DNA from: a virus
Strand: one strand, 5' to 3'
DNA length: 41,805 bases
IMG/VR virus record: IMGVR_UViG_3300045950_000203
Coordinates: 1 to 41,805 of that record
Below the pieces are notes generated by a model that made no database searches, was not told the origin of the DNA, and worked only from the letters and a program-made list of their open reading frames with translations. Below, piece by piece: positions 41,388-41,805 of the stretch. The position numbers and the translations under genes were made by a program. Numbering within the stretch: position 1 is the first letter of the stretch; each line of letters starts with the position of its first letter.

Positions 41388-41562
41388 TTTCTAAATCCTC
41401 GATAATTTCAACTAATTGATCATATTGTTTCTGATATTGTTTTTTTCTTTTTTTAATAATTTCAAGTCGTTTTTCTAAATCTTCTTCATCTACTGATAGT
41501 TTTTCAACTTCTGACCATAACATTTCTTTCTGTTTTTGAAGAATATCAATAAGTTCTTTCAT
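41377..41562 (-). CDS. K/E-rich coiled-coil protein.
   Basis: 61-aa ORF starting 4 nt after the fibre stop. Confidence 0.5.
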   Translation of the reverse strand: MKELIDILQKQKEMLWSEVEKLSVDEEDLEKRLEIIKKRKKQYQKQYDQLVEIIEDLENDS

Positions 41563-41565
41563 TGG

Positions 41566-41805
41566 TTAGACGAATACAACAAACATCATTACATTCGCTG
41601 TTGCCGCCATTGTATCGTTGGCGTGACCTCCTTCTCGTCCAATTCGCACTTTGATTAGGTTTCCTACGGTTAAACTGCTCAAAGTAAAATCTGTATTTTT
41701 GGCGTTATTCGCTGTGCCTGGTGCAGCAGAATCCACCGAAGTAGGAGCTGGATAGGCAGCGGTATAATCTCCGCTTCCCTTAATACTTACGCCTAGTCGG
41801 CAGTT
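41566..41805 (-). CDS. C-terminal end of the same fibre gene (...NTDFTLSSLTVGNLIKVRIGREGGHANDTMAATANVMMFVVFV*). 41679..41805 duplicates 1..127.
   Basis: The frame is continuous with the 1..4129 ORF across the circular junction. The TAA stop is at 41568..41566. Confidence 0.85.
   Translation of the reverse strand, partial: NCRLGVSIKGSGDYTAAYPAPTSVDSAAPGTANNAKNTDFTLSSLTVGNLIKVRIGREGGHANDTMAATANVMMFVVFV
41679..41805. repeat. Second copy of the 127-bp terminal duplication (= 1..127).
   Basis: Same as above. Confidence 0.95.

Overview
The window is a complete, self-closing dsDNA phage genome of about 41.7 kb. Bases 1-127 are identical to 41679-41805, giving a unit length of 41678 bp. It is AT-rich overall, and I see no rRNA, tRNA, CRISPR array, integrase, transposase, ParA, reverse transcriptase or cas gene. 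Layout: (1) A rightward late operon (4594-21539) carries Mu-like head genes (protease/scaffold, major capsid, decoration, DUF1320-type connector) and an embedded GH108-type endolysin. It also carries a P2/Mu-type contractile tail and baseplate: sheath, tube, chaperone with the classic -1 frameshift, tape measure, gpU/X/D/V/W/J/I analogues, two fibre or receptor-binding genes, and a CxxC-less thioredoxin-fold gene. (2) A leftward late operon crosses the contig junction (4484 -> 1 / 41678 -> 38032). It encodes a small beta-sandwich protein and a 1413-aa collagen-like, highly repetitive fibre gene, which the ORF track misses because it has no stop inside the window. These are followed by two coiled-coil proteins, a second beta-sandwich paralogue, a Mu gp29/DUF935-type portal, and a large terminase split into separate ATPase and nuclease ORFs. 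(3) Replication and recombination genes include a PD-(D/E)xK exonuclease, a primase-polymerase/helicase, a RecT-like annealing protein, VRR-NUC, a ParB-like protein and a holin. (4) A compositionally mosaic accessory and regulatory region spans about 25.2-33.4 kb. It holds a CheY-like receiver gene, a C-rich/G-poor gene island, a GC-rich Cys-rich gene island, back-to-back consensus promoters, dense dyad-symmetry arrays and a 1.25-kb ORF-poor iteron region. (5) A GC-rich, hairpin-dense non-coding island of about 380 nt lies at 37212-37590, just after a gene with a long (AAAY)n 12-nt tandem repeat. The items most worth follow-up are the candidate structured RNA, the promoter-driven ORF-free dyad array, the iteron/Z-DNA-prone region, the phage receiver domain, the split terminase and the giant fibre. 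All functional calls come from motif recognition by eye and gene order. No database search or folding program was run.
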